Of a stretch of DNA of 64,000 bases, positions 38,101 through 50,685 are shown in pieces. Made by a program: the position numbers and the translations under genes. The stretch comes from Adineta vaga. Lineage: Eukaryota; Animalia; Rotifera. The stretch lies in NCBI GenBank assembly GCA_021613535.1, contig CP075494.1, positions 16,678,001 to 16,742,000 of the forward strand, in the 5' to 3' direction. The first letter of the stretch is position 1, and the number at the start of each line of letters is the position of its first letter. The notes under the pieces are model-generated. The model ran no database searches, was not told where the DNA came from, and saw only the letters and a list, made by a program, of their open reading frames with translations.

Positions 38101-40882
38101 ACATTTAAACACTCTCTTTCAGATCGTGTTTCACAAAAAGTATCAACGTCGACTATTTCTCGAAGAACTAGGACTAATTTCAGTGTCGCACCTGTTGGAT
38201 TTCTGTTCGAAAACATCGAAATTTTTGAATAAAGATATTCGAAGTGCATTAGCTATTGTTGGTTATCGTGTGGTGAAGGAAAATCTATCGAAACAAAATG
38301 ACAGTTCTAGTCAATCAAAACGAAAACGGTGTTCAGTCTGTGAATAGTCTATGGACAAGAAAACTTCAACTCAATGTAGTAGTTGTTCTGTATTTGTTTG
38401 TGCTGAGCATTCTGTTAAGCGTATTTTTTGTATCACTTGTTCTAAATAAAGTAAAATATCGATTTGATGATTTTTCTATAAAGTCGAAGTTGAAAACAGT
38501 ACATTTCAACAGGAAACTAACTCAAACGTAGAAAAAAATATTTTATGAAAATATATGCTGTCCGTAAAGTGCGAGAAGAATGCCGGTACGAGTAGGGTTT
38601 AATATCCGTCCGGTAGGATCCGATGTACCCGTTTTAACCTGGGTTGTTAAACGTTCCCTGGTGCTCTCTCTCTCTCTCTCTTTGTAATCAACATCATTCA
38701 AGTTTTGATCGACGTACAGTCTAATATCTAAAGGTAAAGTTTTGTTTTGAAAAAATACGGGGATGATTGGAAAAGAAATGTAACTATGTATCAATCGATG
38801 TCCATGTATTCTAGTTGACAGCTCACCTTGAATAAACATACATTCTTTCTCTCTCTACTTCTTTCATTATTCAACTTTCCTTGATGCTTTCTCTCTCTCT
38901 CTTTGTAATCAACATCATTCAAGTTTTGATTGACGTAAAGTCTTATATGCATATGTACATAACCTTGTAGATAGGATAGTTCCGTTGCAATAACAAAAAG
39001 ATACTCAATATTTTGAACTCTAGCTAAAAACATAGTAGAAACAAAAAGACGAAATGTTTAATCATGTTCTTACCATTCTATAATCAATACATATGTGATA
39101 TTTTTTATGACAACCGTGGTTTCTACGAACAAAATATGAATAATAAATACGTTTATCAGTAGACATTGTTGATATAAAATAATATACCGAATATGTCAAT
39201 TTTTCTGTTCATGTATTCCAGTGACACGAGGAAAATGTGACATATGTAATTAAGAGTAACAATATATAAAAACAAAGTTTTTAAAGACATTTTCATTTTC
39301 AAAAGCTGAAGTACAATAGGAGGAATATTGAGATAAATGATATAGGTTGCTTGAAATTTTGATTGAATAAAAGAATGATGCAGTATAATGAATGATGATC
39401 TGCAAATGTATATTTGGTGAGCTTTTTATAGTATATTCTCCTAAAAGTTTTAATATTAGTTTCAGCTTCCAATTAGGTCTATTGACTCTGAGAAAATGAC
39501 GCTTTTACAGTAGAACTAGATCTGTATCGTAGGTCTCACATGATGCCATTAGAAGAAAAAATCAACTGTTGACAGGTTGATAGACTATACTATTGAATAC
39601 ACTATTAATGATCTGTAGTGCCCATGTAAAAATTTTTGAGAATTTAACGACATCTTGTGACGTGAAAAACTGTTAAAAATTTAACGATTTCACAAAAAAA
39701 CATGTTACCTTTTTGACCCTAAAAACGCGTTAAAAACACCAAAAATAACGATGTTTAACGCGCTTTTTACCACTTAATGCCAACAAACGCGTTAGATCAA
39801 GACTTTTTACCGCTGTTTCATGATCATAAACCAAACAATATCTGGGATCAAATTCTAACCTATTTAACGCATTTTAACGCGTTTTATGAGATATAACGCC
39901 AACAAACGCGTTACATCCAGAGTTTTTAACGCTGTTTCATGGTCACAAATAGAACAATATCTGGGACTAGATTCTTACTTATTTAACACACTTTAACGCG
40001 TTTTATGAGATTTAACGCCAAAAAATGTATTAAATTACCGCTCTTTTAACGCTTTCTCACGCCTCAAGATTACATCTATTCTGCTAAAACTTTTCGGCGT
40101 CTAATCAAGTTTTATAGCACAATTTTTTTAACCACCTGAAACTTCAGCGAATCAATTAGCTAAATAAAAGAAAAGATAATTTATTAATTTCAATAATATG
40201 ATTTTTACCTGATCACTTGATCTTCTATTGTAATTGGACCAAAAAAACCTAATAGAATTTGGAAATAAATATGTTCAATTACTATCATTGCGTTTACAAT
40301 TCAAATTTCGATAAACAAAGTTTATATAAGAAAGATAAGAAACTATTGAATATTGAAAGATATCATTTTCTTCATATACGATTTGAACTTGCACTTGAGA
40401 ACTAAGTATCTATAGGTTATCGTTCTACGATTCATCATTTGACTACAAAAATAACATAGAACAGACTACAATTTTATGGAATAATTCGTGCTTATTCTAC
40501 ATGAATAATATGTTTCAGAAAGTGAATTATGTTGAAAAACTTGAGCTATAACATCAGCAATGAATATTTGTAACGGGCAGATATACATGCCATCTACAAA
40601 TCTTTTCTGATACGTTCTATTGTTACACGAATGAGAATGTATTATTACAAAGGAAAGAAACAAGAAAACTAGCGGTTTTGGATATTTTATATTTCACCAA
40701 TAAAAACAATAACATTTAGCTTTACTATATATTCTTTTATTGTTCGAAATTTATCAACTGCTACATTTTGATGTTTATGTTATCTTTTAGATTTATAACG
40801 TTAATGTATTGCATCGTCTTGTACTATATTTTGTTAATCAGATTTTTATAGATAAATAATAAACTATACCTAATTATTTTTC

Positions 40883-42424
40883 ATGTCTAAAAAAGTGAAA
40901 AGGTTTGATGCTTGTTTATTGCGCATTACTTCTGGTGAATGTATTGTTGCTGAATGGCATCAGTTGGTGACAACTATTGATAAAGCTAAACTAAAAGTTG
41001 GTTCTCATGTTGGATATAAACTATCGAGCAAAACAAGAGAAAAAATTCTTCGAGGAACAATTTTAGTTATTGGTAAGTCAGAGTCATAGTACAGTATCAA
41101 GTATCATGTCTTTTCTTCTAGGATCTGTACAACTCTGCGAACAACAAATGAAATTGTTCAACAAAAAGCAAACGAAAAAAGTTGAAGAAGCTGAATCAGA
41201 TGATGATGATGATGATGAAGAATCGTCTGAATCTGATGATGATCGTTTACAAATAGTCGAAGAAGAAGAAAGTTGTATTACTATGCACATCCCTGATCTA
41301 TTCAACTTGCGTTTTTTTAGATGATGTTCATGAATCAGAATCTACATCATCACAACAAATAAGAATCCGACAGGAAAAGAACAAAAATCAAGTGAAAAAA
41401 TCGAAAGAAACACCTTCGAATGATAATGATGAAAATGAAGGTTGTATTACTATGAACATCTTTCATCTATTCAACTTGCGTTTTTTAAGATGATGCTCAT
41501 GAATTAGAATCTACTTCATCTCAAAAAATGAAAATCAGAAACGAGAAGAACAAAAATCAAGTAAAAAAATCGAAAGAAATATCTTCAAATAACGATGACG
41601 ATGATGATGAAGGTTGTATTAATAAAATTTTTAAACGATGGTCTTAATCTATTGTTAGTTAAACCATTTAGAACAAACATCGATCCGGTTATCTCGTAAA
41701 CGTGCTCTTTCTGATGATGAAACAGACCCACTACCACCACCATCAAAACGATCAATAATCTCATTAGCTCGTCTTCAAGAACTTGAAGCTGAAATTATTC
41801 GTTTAAAAAGACAAATCGAGAAATTTCGCACAGAATGGATGCGTACGTTAATTTTTCATAAATATTTTTATTTATTTATCTATTTCAGCTCGTCCTACTG
41901 ATCCGGCTATTATACGATTTTTTATACGCATGGGTGAGCTCTTTTCTTCTGGTGGTGAAGCTGCTGAAGGACGTGGAGATAAGTTAGCTCATGCTTGTTC
42001 AATTTTAAATGTGGATGAAGAGAGTTTGAAAAAATGGCAAAAGCCTAATGGAACTAAAACAGCTCGGTCTATCGTTCGTGCGTTTTATCCACCGAATACT
42101 CGAGCAGATGTTACGTCAGATGATATTGAAGCTAATTTTCGACAAGCTATTCATGGTAATCTTATTCCTCTTGTCTATTCAGTGCACTAATAGCATATTG
42201 ATACTTTAGATATTATCGATATTTATCACGGCATGGAAGGTCTTACAGGAGGACAAATCAATGAAAGTATCAATAACGTTTTTCGAAGTGCTAAAAGTCA
42301 ACAGAAGGAAAAACCTGAAAAAAAATCTTCTACTCAATCAACAACTGATGTTTTAAAACCTATGACAAATAGAAAAAAAACAAATACTAGTGATAAAGAA
42401 AACATTTGTTTAAATAATCAGTGA
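40883..42424 (+). CDS. Multi-exon accessory (TnpA-like position) protein of the CMC element; acidic repeats, coiled coil
   Basis: Spliced frames MSKKVKRFDACLL..., DDDDDDEE, RLQELEAEIIRLKRQIEK, TKTARSIVRAFYP; GT-AG introns. Confidence 0.65.
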
Positions 42425-42750
42425 AGATACCATATTGTTATAAATAATTTAGTTGTATTATTTGCTGGTTAAATCAATTTTATGTTCAATGGTTATTCTA
42501 TGTTTTTTTATATATGTAGTCATACTCTCCTGATTCGATTTATCTTCTATTTCTCCATACTATTTCATTTTTATTTCAAAGTATCTAGACTAATAAAAAA
42601 GTTAATAAAGATTTACAAGTGATAAATTGATATAAACCAACTTTTTTGCGTATTTGTAAGATTTTCATCTGTATTATTACATATTATAGTTATATTGATT
42701 TCAATTGCCTTTGAACTTTAAAATCATATAGTTTTGGTCGTTGACATAAA

Positions 42751-45728
42751 ATGGCAAAGAAAATGGCTACATGGAGGCTAGGTCGAAAGGCTTTTACAAA
42801 TCGGCAATGGATGGCAATGCGTGCGAATACAAATGAACGTTTCTGTGTGTTTAAAGCTAAGGTTTTCTTAAATCTATTTTTTTTAATTTAGTGGATGAAT
42901 GCGAACGAATAAATGAAGATTTATGTCGAGATAAAAGAGATTCAATAGCTATCAATGTTAATGATTTAACTGATGATGATTTTGATTCATTAAATGATGT
43001 ATCTAATGATATTTTGGGTTCTCTAAATAATGAATCATCGTTACATTCTACTGATTGTTCACCTGAAGTTTTAAATCTCAAAGTGTAGATGAACCTGCTG
43101 TATCTGAGGATGAATCAAATACGTATGTAATAAATTTCAATGATGCTCTTTATTACATAAGTTTTCAATCTTGATTTTTTATGACTGAATAAAAAATAGG
43201 CTTTTTTTCTATGGAAATAAAAAGTTTATTAGAAAAATCGTATTGATCAAGCTAGCTGCATAGTTCTTTTTGCAATAACTTTTCAGGTCCACAACTCATT
43301 CAGAAGCATTTATACGGTCAATAGAAAAAATCGATATTGCTGCAGCTTTGATTTCAATTAAAACTCGGCATTCTTTATCTGCTGTTTGTGTTAATGACAT
43401 ATGTTTATTATTGAATCTCCTTAAAGTACCAAATGCTCCTCGCAGTTGGTTTCAAATCAAGCAAGCGTTTAATGATTCAATCGTTGTACCGCTTTGTCGA
43501 AATCAAAAATGGATATGTCCAACTTGTAAAACCGCTTCTAATGATATGTTCACGTGCTCAAATGATAATTGTAGATGGTTATTTGCACCTCCTGCCACAA
43601 TACCTAATTATTTTTACACGTTTGATATACTTGAGCAACTTTCTTTAATATTAGCTACGACAGATGATTTAGTCTTACCAATGTGCACAAAACATACACG
43701 TCGTTCTATGTTTCCAATGAAAGATGTAGTACATGGAAATTCTTATAATGAAATTCTACGTGAAGAAACTGAACCATTTCTTACACTAACCATGAGTACA
43801 GATGGTATACAACCCTTTAACAGTTCAGAAAAATCTATTTGGCCAATGACTTTCGTAGTAAACGAAATTAATCGTAGAAAAAGATTTTGTTTTCAGAACA
43901 TAATACTCGGTGGCATATGGCCAGGTCCCAGCAAACCAAAAAGATCCGAAATGTCAGCTTTTCTTCAATCAGTTGTTGACCAACTTAAACAGTTGGAAAA
44001 GGGAGTTACTTTTGAACGTCGTTCAAATCAGACTTATATTACACAAACTTTAAAAGTATTTTTAATATGTGCGTGTATGGATAAGCCTGCTCAATCATTA
44101 ACACAGAATTTACCCGAGCCAATAGCACTATATGGATGCGGTCGCTGTGAAATCCGCGGTAGATATTTCTTTGTATTGAAGCATTTTTCATTTTATAATT
44201 ACTAATTAGGACAAACTGTAAAAGCTTCTTACGATTCTACCAATTCTGTCAATTGTTTTCCAATTGATAATTCATTAAATCAACCAAATTTAAGATCAAA
44301 TAATCGATATGATCATCTTCTTATGATAAAGCTATCGAATGATGCCAAAATTGCAAGAAAGAGTTCTAATCTATTAAATCGTTCCGATAAAAGAAAATTC
44401 AAGAAAGAACTTATAAAATATAAAGAATCTGAACATGGAATCCTTGGTCCTTGTCCACTTCGTCAACTGAAATACTTTGATGTCGGATCTAGTTTTGTCT
44501 CTGATAATCTTCACAATGTGTACCGAGGTGGATTTGTAAGTTGTATTCATAACGGCTTCCTATAATATATAATTGCTTCTTATTAAAGCGTAAGCTTTTA
44601 TGCCTGTGGCTAGAACCCAATTATCGAAAAAAAGATTGGTCTTGTTATACTCATCTTCATCATTTATCTTCTTTGCTTCAAGAATTTCGTTTCCCTTCAA
44701 CAACAAGTCGACGTCCTCGTTCACTTACCAAATTTAAAAAATTGAAAGCCAGCGAATTAAGAATGATCCTCTTGTTTGGTTTTGTAGTATTTAAAAATAT
44801 TCTTAAATCCAAATATTACAATCACTTTATAAAATTAGTTGTCGCTGTTCATCTTTCTGAATTTCGAGAAGTAACACTGGCAATGACTTATGATATTAGA
44901 ATCCTTCTTCGTGAATTTCTTATCGATTTTCCAAAATTATATGGTATTCGACATAATCAGCAGGTCGTTCATTCTCTTGTTCATATTGGACAAACTGTTA
45001 TTGACTATGGTCCATTAACTTCATATTCAACATTTCACTTCGAAAATATATTAGGTGATATTCATTAGTTTTATAAATATTTGACTGTTTTGTATTGAGA
45101 TTTAGGCATGATTATGCGTACAATCAAATCAACTCGTCGTGAAGAAATTGAGATGATTGGCAATTTAAATATGTTTAGATATGCATGTGTACATCTCCAT
45201 GATTCGACAATAGACGTCAAACTTAAAAATTATGTTGAAAAAATGATATCTGGTTATGGTTATCATGCCTCTACTTCCAATCAAATTCGTACAATGCATC
45301 GTTTAGCATCCGTTGACAGAATATGTAATATCTTTTCAAATCGAAACTTGCAGTTTTTCTCAACATGTAAAATTGGTCATATCCGCTTTACATCGTTACA
45401 TTATTCCAAATCGAAATTAGCAGATGACTCCGCCGTTTTATTCAAGGTGGAAAATGAACATCATTTTGGTTTAATTAACTCTATCTTTTGCGATGAAGAT
45501 AATGAAATTTTACTTGAACTTTGGCCACTTTCCAACGGAAATGTTTTTAGTGTATCTGTAACAGGTCATAGCATAGACTTGCCATCGGTTCAAGAAGGTG
45601 TTTTAGAAAATAACAAAAATTACTATTATATCTCTCCAACTAATATCATTGAGAAATGTGTTTATTGGAAACAAAGATCAAACAAAGTTATATTTTTTCG
45701 ATATCCAAATCTTGAAGAAGGTTCATAG
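42751..45728 (+). CDS. CACTA/EnSpm TnpD-like transposase, multi-exon; apparent 1-nt frameshift near 43078
   Basis: CPTC..C, LTMSTDGIQPF..SIWP, IILGGIW.G..KP, MDKPA..YGCGRC, DNLH, HSLVH..YGPL..YSTFHFEN. Confidence 0.85.
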
Positions 45729-45910
45729 TATATGTGGTATTCTCTTTATCCATTGATGAAATAAATCTATAGCTTACAAACATAAATTCTTCTAATAGAA
45801 CTGAACGTATTCATAACGTATACCAATAAAATACAATAAATACCAACACGACAAAAGAAATAATTTTTTCGTCTCTAACAACATACTAAAATCCTATATT
45901 ATTACATTTT

Positions 45911-46219
45911 TCAATAAAACACGTTAAAATATCTCATCCGTTAAAGTTAGTGAAATATTTAACTATAAATAATGAATTTGTACCATTAAAATCGAATTCA
46001 TTCAATAAAACGCGTTAAGATATCTCATCCGTTAAAGTTAGTGAAATATTTAACTATAAATAATGAATTTGTACCATTAAAATCGAATTCATTCAATAAA
46101 ACGCGTTAAGATATCTCATCCGTTAAAGTTAGTGAAATATTTAACTATAAATAATGAATTTGTACCATTAAAATCGAATTCATTCAATAAAACGCGTTAA
46201 AATATTTCACACGTTAAAG
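45911..46219. repeat. 91-bp tandem repeat (~3.3 copies) in the right subterminal region of the CMC element
   Basis: TCAATAAAACGCGTTAAGATATCTCATCCGTTAAAGTTAGTGAAATATTTAAC... repeated nearly perfectly. Confidence 0.9.
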
Positions 46220-46893
46220 TTATAGAAGCGTTTTGTCATATGTAACCAGTGAATTGTCGTTAGAAGACCACCAACGCTTAAAATTTCGTGAAAAAGCCAA
46301 CGCATTTTTACGGAATAGCAGGAAATAACGAAAGCACACGAGAGAACGTTCGTGTAACGTCGTTAAACTGTTGTTTAACGCCGTTTTCGGCGTTAGATTT
46401 GAAAACAGGTCCGTTAAACGTCTTTTTATTTTTACATGGGTGGTTAAATCAATCATCGTCTGCCTTTTCGATTATTTTATTTATTCGTCTTTTCAAATGA
46501 TTTGGAGATTTGTCTTTCGAATTTGACTACGATTTTATCAGGTTCTTTGTTTAAAATACAAAGTTCATCAGTATTTTGCTAACTTATAGTAATATACAAG
46601 TATACTTACTACAAAAATCGAATATTTTCTCTCATATGTTTTCGACGATTATTAATTTTGTCACGCTAACTGCTTATCAATCGCCTAGGCTTCATTCTAT
46701 AGTATGAAAGGAAGAAAAAACAAAGAATACGAATGCATGAATGATTTTAAAGAACAGAAAAAAGAATTTCGTATGTTTTTCACTCTCCCAATCGATGGGT
46801 ATAAAAAAGAAGGTATCACTATACAATCGTACGCATTAATATATCCTGTATTGTACACTCATCAACACTTCCTAAACAATCAACAGTATCAAA

Positions 46894-47215
46894 ATGAACA
46901 ACGTACAAATCCTAGTTTATCTGGTCCTTGCTGTAGTATTTCTGGGAACATGCTGCAATGCATGGACAATACAGGAAGATGCAAACAGCGATGATCTCAG
47001 TGATGAGCGGCGAGATCTAATCAAGAAAGCATTTGGCTCATTAGTTTTCCCAAAACGTACAGTTCTTATTCATTTTCTGTGTGCTTCCTATCATGATATG
47101 GTGATAAACTTTTCTATCGCCGTGAACAGAATATTTCAATACACCTTCTAATATCTATTCATTATGTATATGATCTTGAATTGTATTAGCAAAACCAAAT
47201 ATTGGCTTTGAATAA
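46894..47215 (+). CDS. Small secreted prepropeptide (signal + acidic pro-region + RR + cationic mature peptide); possible intron 47057-47189
   Basis: MNNVQILVYLVLAVVFLGTCCNA-WTIQEDANSDDLSDE-RR-DLIKKAFGSLVFPK(PKPNIGFE*); TATAAAA at ~46800; AATAAA at stop. Confidence 0.6.
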
Positions 47216-48869
47216 AAAAACAAAATTGATCCAAAGCTTTGCCGTTAGGATTATTCATTTGTTAAGTACTCCCTGATTATATTAACAACAGCAAATATTT
47301 GCATGGAAGTCAGTAAAATATTCGAGAAGTACTATGCTTTAAATTATTCAAACATCTTGTATTCATCGATTATAGTATCAATACTGAATATTTGCATCCA
47401 ACTAACTACAACGTTTGAAAAGAACAGTACTATAATTATTTATTTGTCACGTGTAATTTGACCATATTATGGAACACAAATATATATTTCGAAACGATAC
47501 AGATGTTTGAACAGAATCTAGGTTTGAATTATTTACGCATGATGTATACGCGATCATATGACATACTCTAATTCTATTCTCTACAGTAATTAAATATTTG
47601 ATTAGAATTATCGTCTGATTTATTTATCTATTATGTATTTATTAATTATTCAATGGATCCGAAATTTTCTATGAAGTAGTGAAATTATCGCATACGATCT
47701 TCTTGAGAATGACTGATAAATCCAGTCATTTACAATTACGGAGTTTGGCTAAACCATTTTCCTCCAAATTATCACAATATTTGAATGATACTTTTGTTTC
47801 AACTATCCATTTTCTATATATTGAGATTTTATTCACCTAAAACTGACCTTTTTCTTTATACTGATCATAATATATAAACACAGTTGTCATTCCAATTACT
47901 CATTTGTCAGGTAATTTTCAGTCATATTTTTAGCTTTACACTTTTTATCTCAACCCAGGAACAATACCTGAACAAGATCAGATTCATCTTATTCACTCAA
48001 TATATGATTTTCAATCACCAAAATAGCTTTCATCCTTTCTTCAAACCAACGAAACATCTGAATGAGACAATAATTCAAATTATTTATATGACTTATGATG
48101 TAGAATTGCGTTATAACTTTGAATCCTTTTCAAAACTTGAAAAATATGCGAAAAAAAGCTTAGTATGGACTATTCATTTTCTACGAACTTCCTTATCCCG
48201 TAATCAATTCTACATCTTCACTTTTAGTCAAATGCATGGTTTGAACAAAATCTTGATATAAGATATTCATGTTTCGTGCGTTCATTATGCATACAATCAT
48301 ACCTAAATATTCATTTATGGTGAAAGAAAACAGAAAAACGAAATCTTTGTTTGAATTATTCGTATATCGAGTGATGTTCGATTGAATAATCAATTCCAAA
48401 ACTTCAATTTAACAAACATATCATATTTGTGTCCGTGTTTTGTTCGATTTGACTATTACTCACATATTCACCGAGCCAATATTCAAGTCTGAGTCGTAGC
48501 GATCAAATGAGAAGAATAATTTAATAGAATTTTAGTACTAAGTATCCTTCTTCAATGTTTTCGGCAATACCATTATGAACATTAAATCTTTCCTTCAAAT
48601 GGAGTAGAATGTTTGAACAAAATCCTGGTGCGAAATATTCATATGTTATGTATTCATCGCGTATCTATACAAGAATAAACCTTTCATTCGAACGAAACAA
48701 AGAAGGTGAACAGAATCTTTCTATGAATTATTCATCCGCCATGTATTTGTTGTGCATCGAATGAGCATCCACTCTTGGCCTAATACCAAAAAGAAATTTC
48801 CACAGAACTATTGCCTCAACTATTACTTCTTGTGTGTTTTCCGAGCATAAAATCGAGAACAGATACTTG

Positions 48870-50685
48870 CCTCGAATGAAACAAAGTATGTGACCGGAAT
48901 CTTCGTATAAAATATTCATGTTTTATGTGTATCCTTTGTATCTAATCAACTCCGGTTGTTCTTTGAAATGAAACAAAGTATGTGATGAGAATCTTCGTAT
49001 GAAATATTCATGTTTTATGTGTATCCTCTGCATCCAATCAGCTCCGGTCTTTCATTGGGATCAAACAAAGTATGTGATCAGAATCTTCTTATGAGATATT
49101 CATGTTTTATCTGTATTGTCTGCATCTAATCAACTCTTGTCTTTCCTTGGAATGAAACAAAGTATGTGATCACAATCTTGCTATGAAATATTCATGTTTT
49201 ATGTGTATCCTATGCATCCAATCAGCTCCGGTCTTTCATTGGAATCAAACAAAGTATGTGATCAGAATCTTCGTATGAAATGTTCATGTTTTATGTGTAC
49301 CCTCTGCAGCTAAACAACTCTTGTCTTTCAATGGAATGAAACAAAGTATGTGATCAGAATCTTCGTATGAAATGTTCATGTTTTATGTGTATTCTCTGTA
49401 TCTAATCAGCTCCGGTCTCTCAATGGAATGCAACAAAGTATGTCATCAAAATCTTGGTATGAAATATTCCTGTTTTATGTGTATCCTCTGCATCCAATCA
49501 TCTCCGGTCTCTCATTTGAATGAAGCAAAGTATGTGATCAGAATCATGTTATGAATTATTTATGTTTTATGTGTATCCTCTGCATCTAATCATCTCCGGC
49601 CTTTCCTTGGAATGCAACAAAGTATGTCATCAAAATCTTGGTATGAAATATTCCTGTTTTATGTGTATCCTCTGCATCCAATCATCTCCGGTCTCTCATT
49701 TGAATGAAGCAAAGTATGTGATCAGAATTTTGATATGAGTTATTTATTTTTTATGTGTATCCTCTGCATCTAATCAGCTCCGGTCTTTCATTGGAATGAA
49801 ACAAAGTATGTGATCTTGAGGGTGTTATGAGATATTCATGTTTTATGTGTATCCTCTGCATCTAATCAACTCTTGTCGTTCATTTGAATGAAACAAAGTA
49901 TGTGATCAGAATCTTGGTATGAAATATTCATGTTTTATGTGTATCCTCTGCATCTAATCAGCTCTGGTTTTTCATTGGAATGAAATAAAGTAGGTGATCA
50001 GAATTTTGATCAGAATTATTTATCTTTAATGTGTATCCTCTGCATCTAATCATCTTCGGTTTTTCATTGGAATGAAACAAAGTACGTGATCAGAATTTTG
50101 ATCAAAATTATTTATCTTTTATGTGTATCCTCTGCATCTGATTAACTTCGGTCTTTCATTTGAATGAAACAAAGCATGTGATGAGAATTTTGGTATGAAA
50201 TATTCATGTTTTATGTGTAACCTCTGCATCTAATCAGCTCCGGTTTTTCATTGGAATGAAACAAAGTACGTGATCAGAATTTTGATCAGAATTATTTATC
50301 TTTAATGTGTATCCTCTGCATCTGATTAACTTCGGTCTTTCATTTGAATGAAACAAAGTATGTGATGAGAATCTTCTTATGAGATATTCATGTTTTATGT
50401 GTATCTTCTGCATCTAATCAACTCCGGTCTTTCATTGGGATCAAACAAAGTATGTGATGAGAATCTTCTTATGAGATATTCATGTTTTATGTGTATTGTC
50501 TGCATCTAATCAACTCTTGTCTTTCCTTGGAATGAAACAAAGTACGTGATCACAATCTTCGTACGAAATATTCATGTTTTATGTGTATCCTATGCAGTTA
50601 ATCAACTCCCGTCTTTCATTGGAACGAAAGAAAGTATGTGATCAGAATCTTGGTATGAAATATTCCTGTTTTATGTGTTCGTTAT
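48870..50685. repeat. 92-bp tandem satellite, ~20 diverged copies
   Basis: Unit GAATGAAACAAAGTATGTGATCAGAATCTTCGTATGAAATATTCATGTTTTATGTGTATCCTCTGCATCTAATCAGCTCCGGTCTTTCATTG; anchors at 48881, 48973, 49065 ... 50629. Confidence 0.95.

Larger units (their letters stand above)
37440..38448 (+). pseudogene. piggyBac transposase C-terminal fossil, split by an insertion (~37640-38118)
   Basis: TKGAGGTFDQMCHKFTVK, RRPLCIF*GMIDIVATNAFIMWK, RRLFLEELG, Cys-rich tail KRKRCSVC..KTSTQCSSCSVFVCAEH..CITC. Confidence 0.8.
39621..46440 (+). mobile_element. Full-length two-gene CACTA/CMC (EnSpm-like) DNA transposon with 2-bp TSD (TG)
   Basis: TG|CCCATGTAAAAAT...ATTTTTACATGGG|TG; TTAACGC-rich subterminal repeats at both ends; transposase inside. 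Confidence 0.92.

Noticed and set aside
48870-50685. 92-bp array as a CRISPR array or as repeated micro-exons (GTATGT...CTAATCAG looks like an intron)
   Set aside because: No unique spacers and no cas genes; the implied 28-nt exon is not a multiple of 3 and the AG is lost in many units
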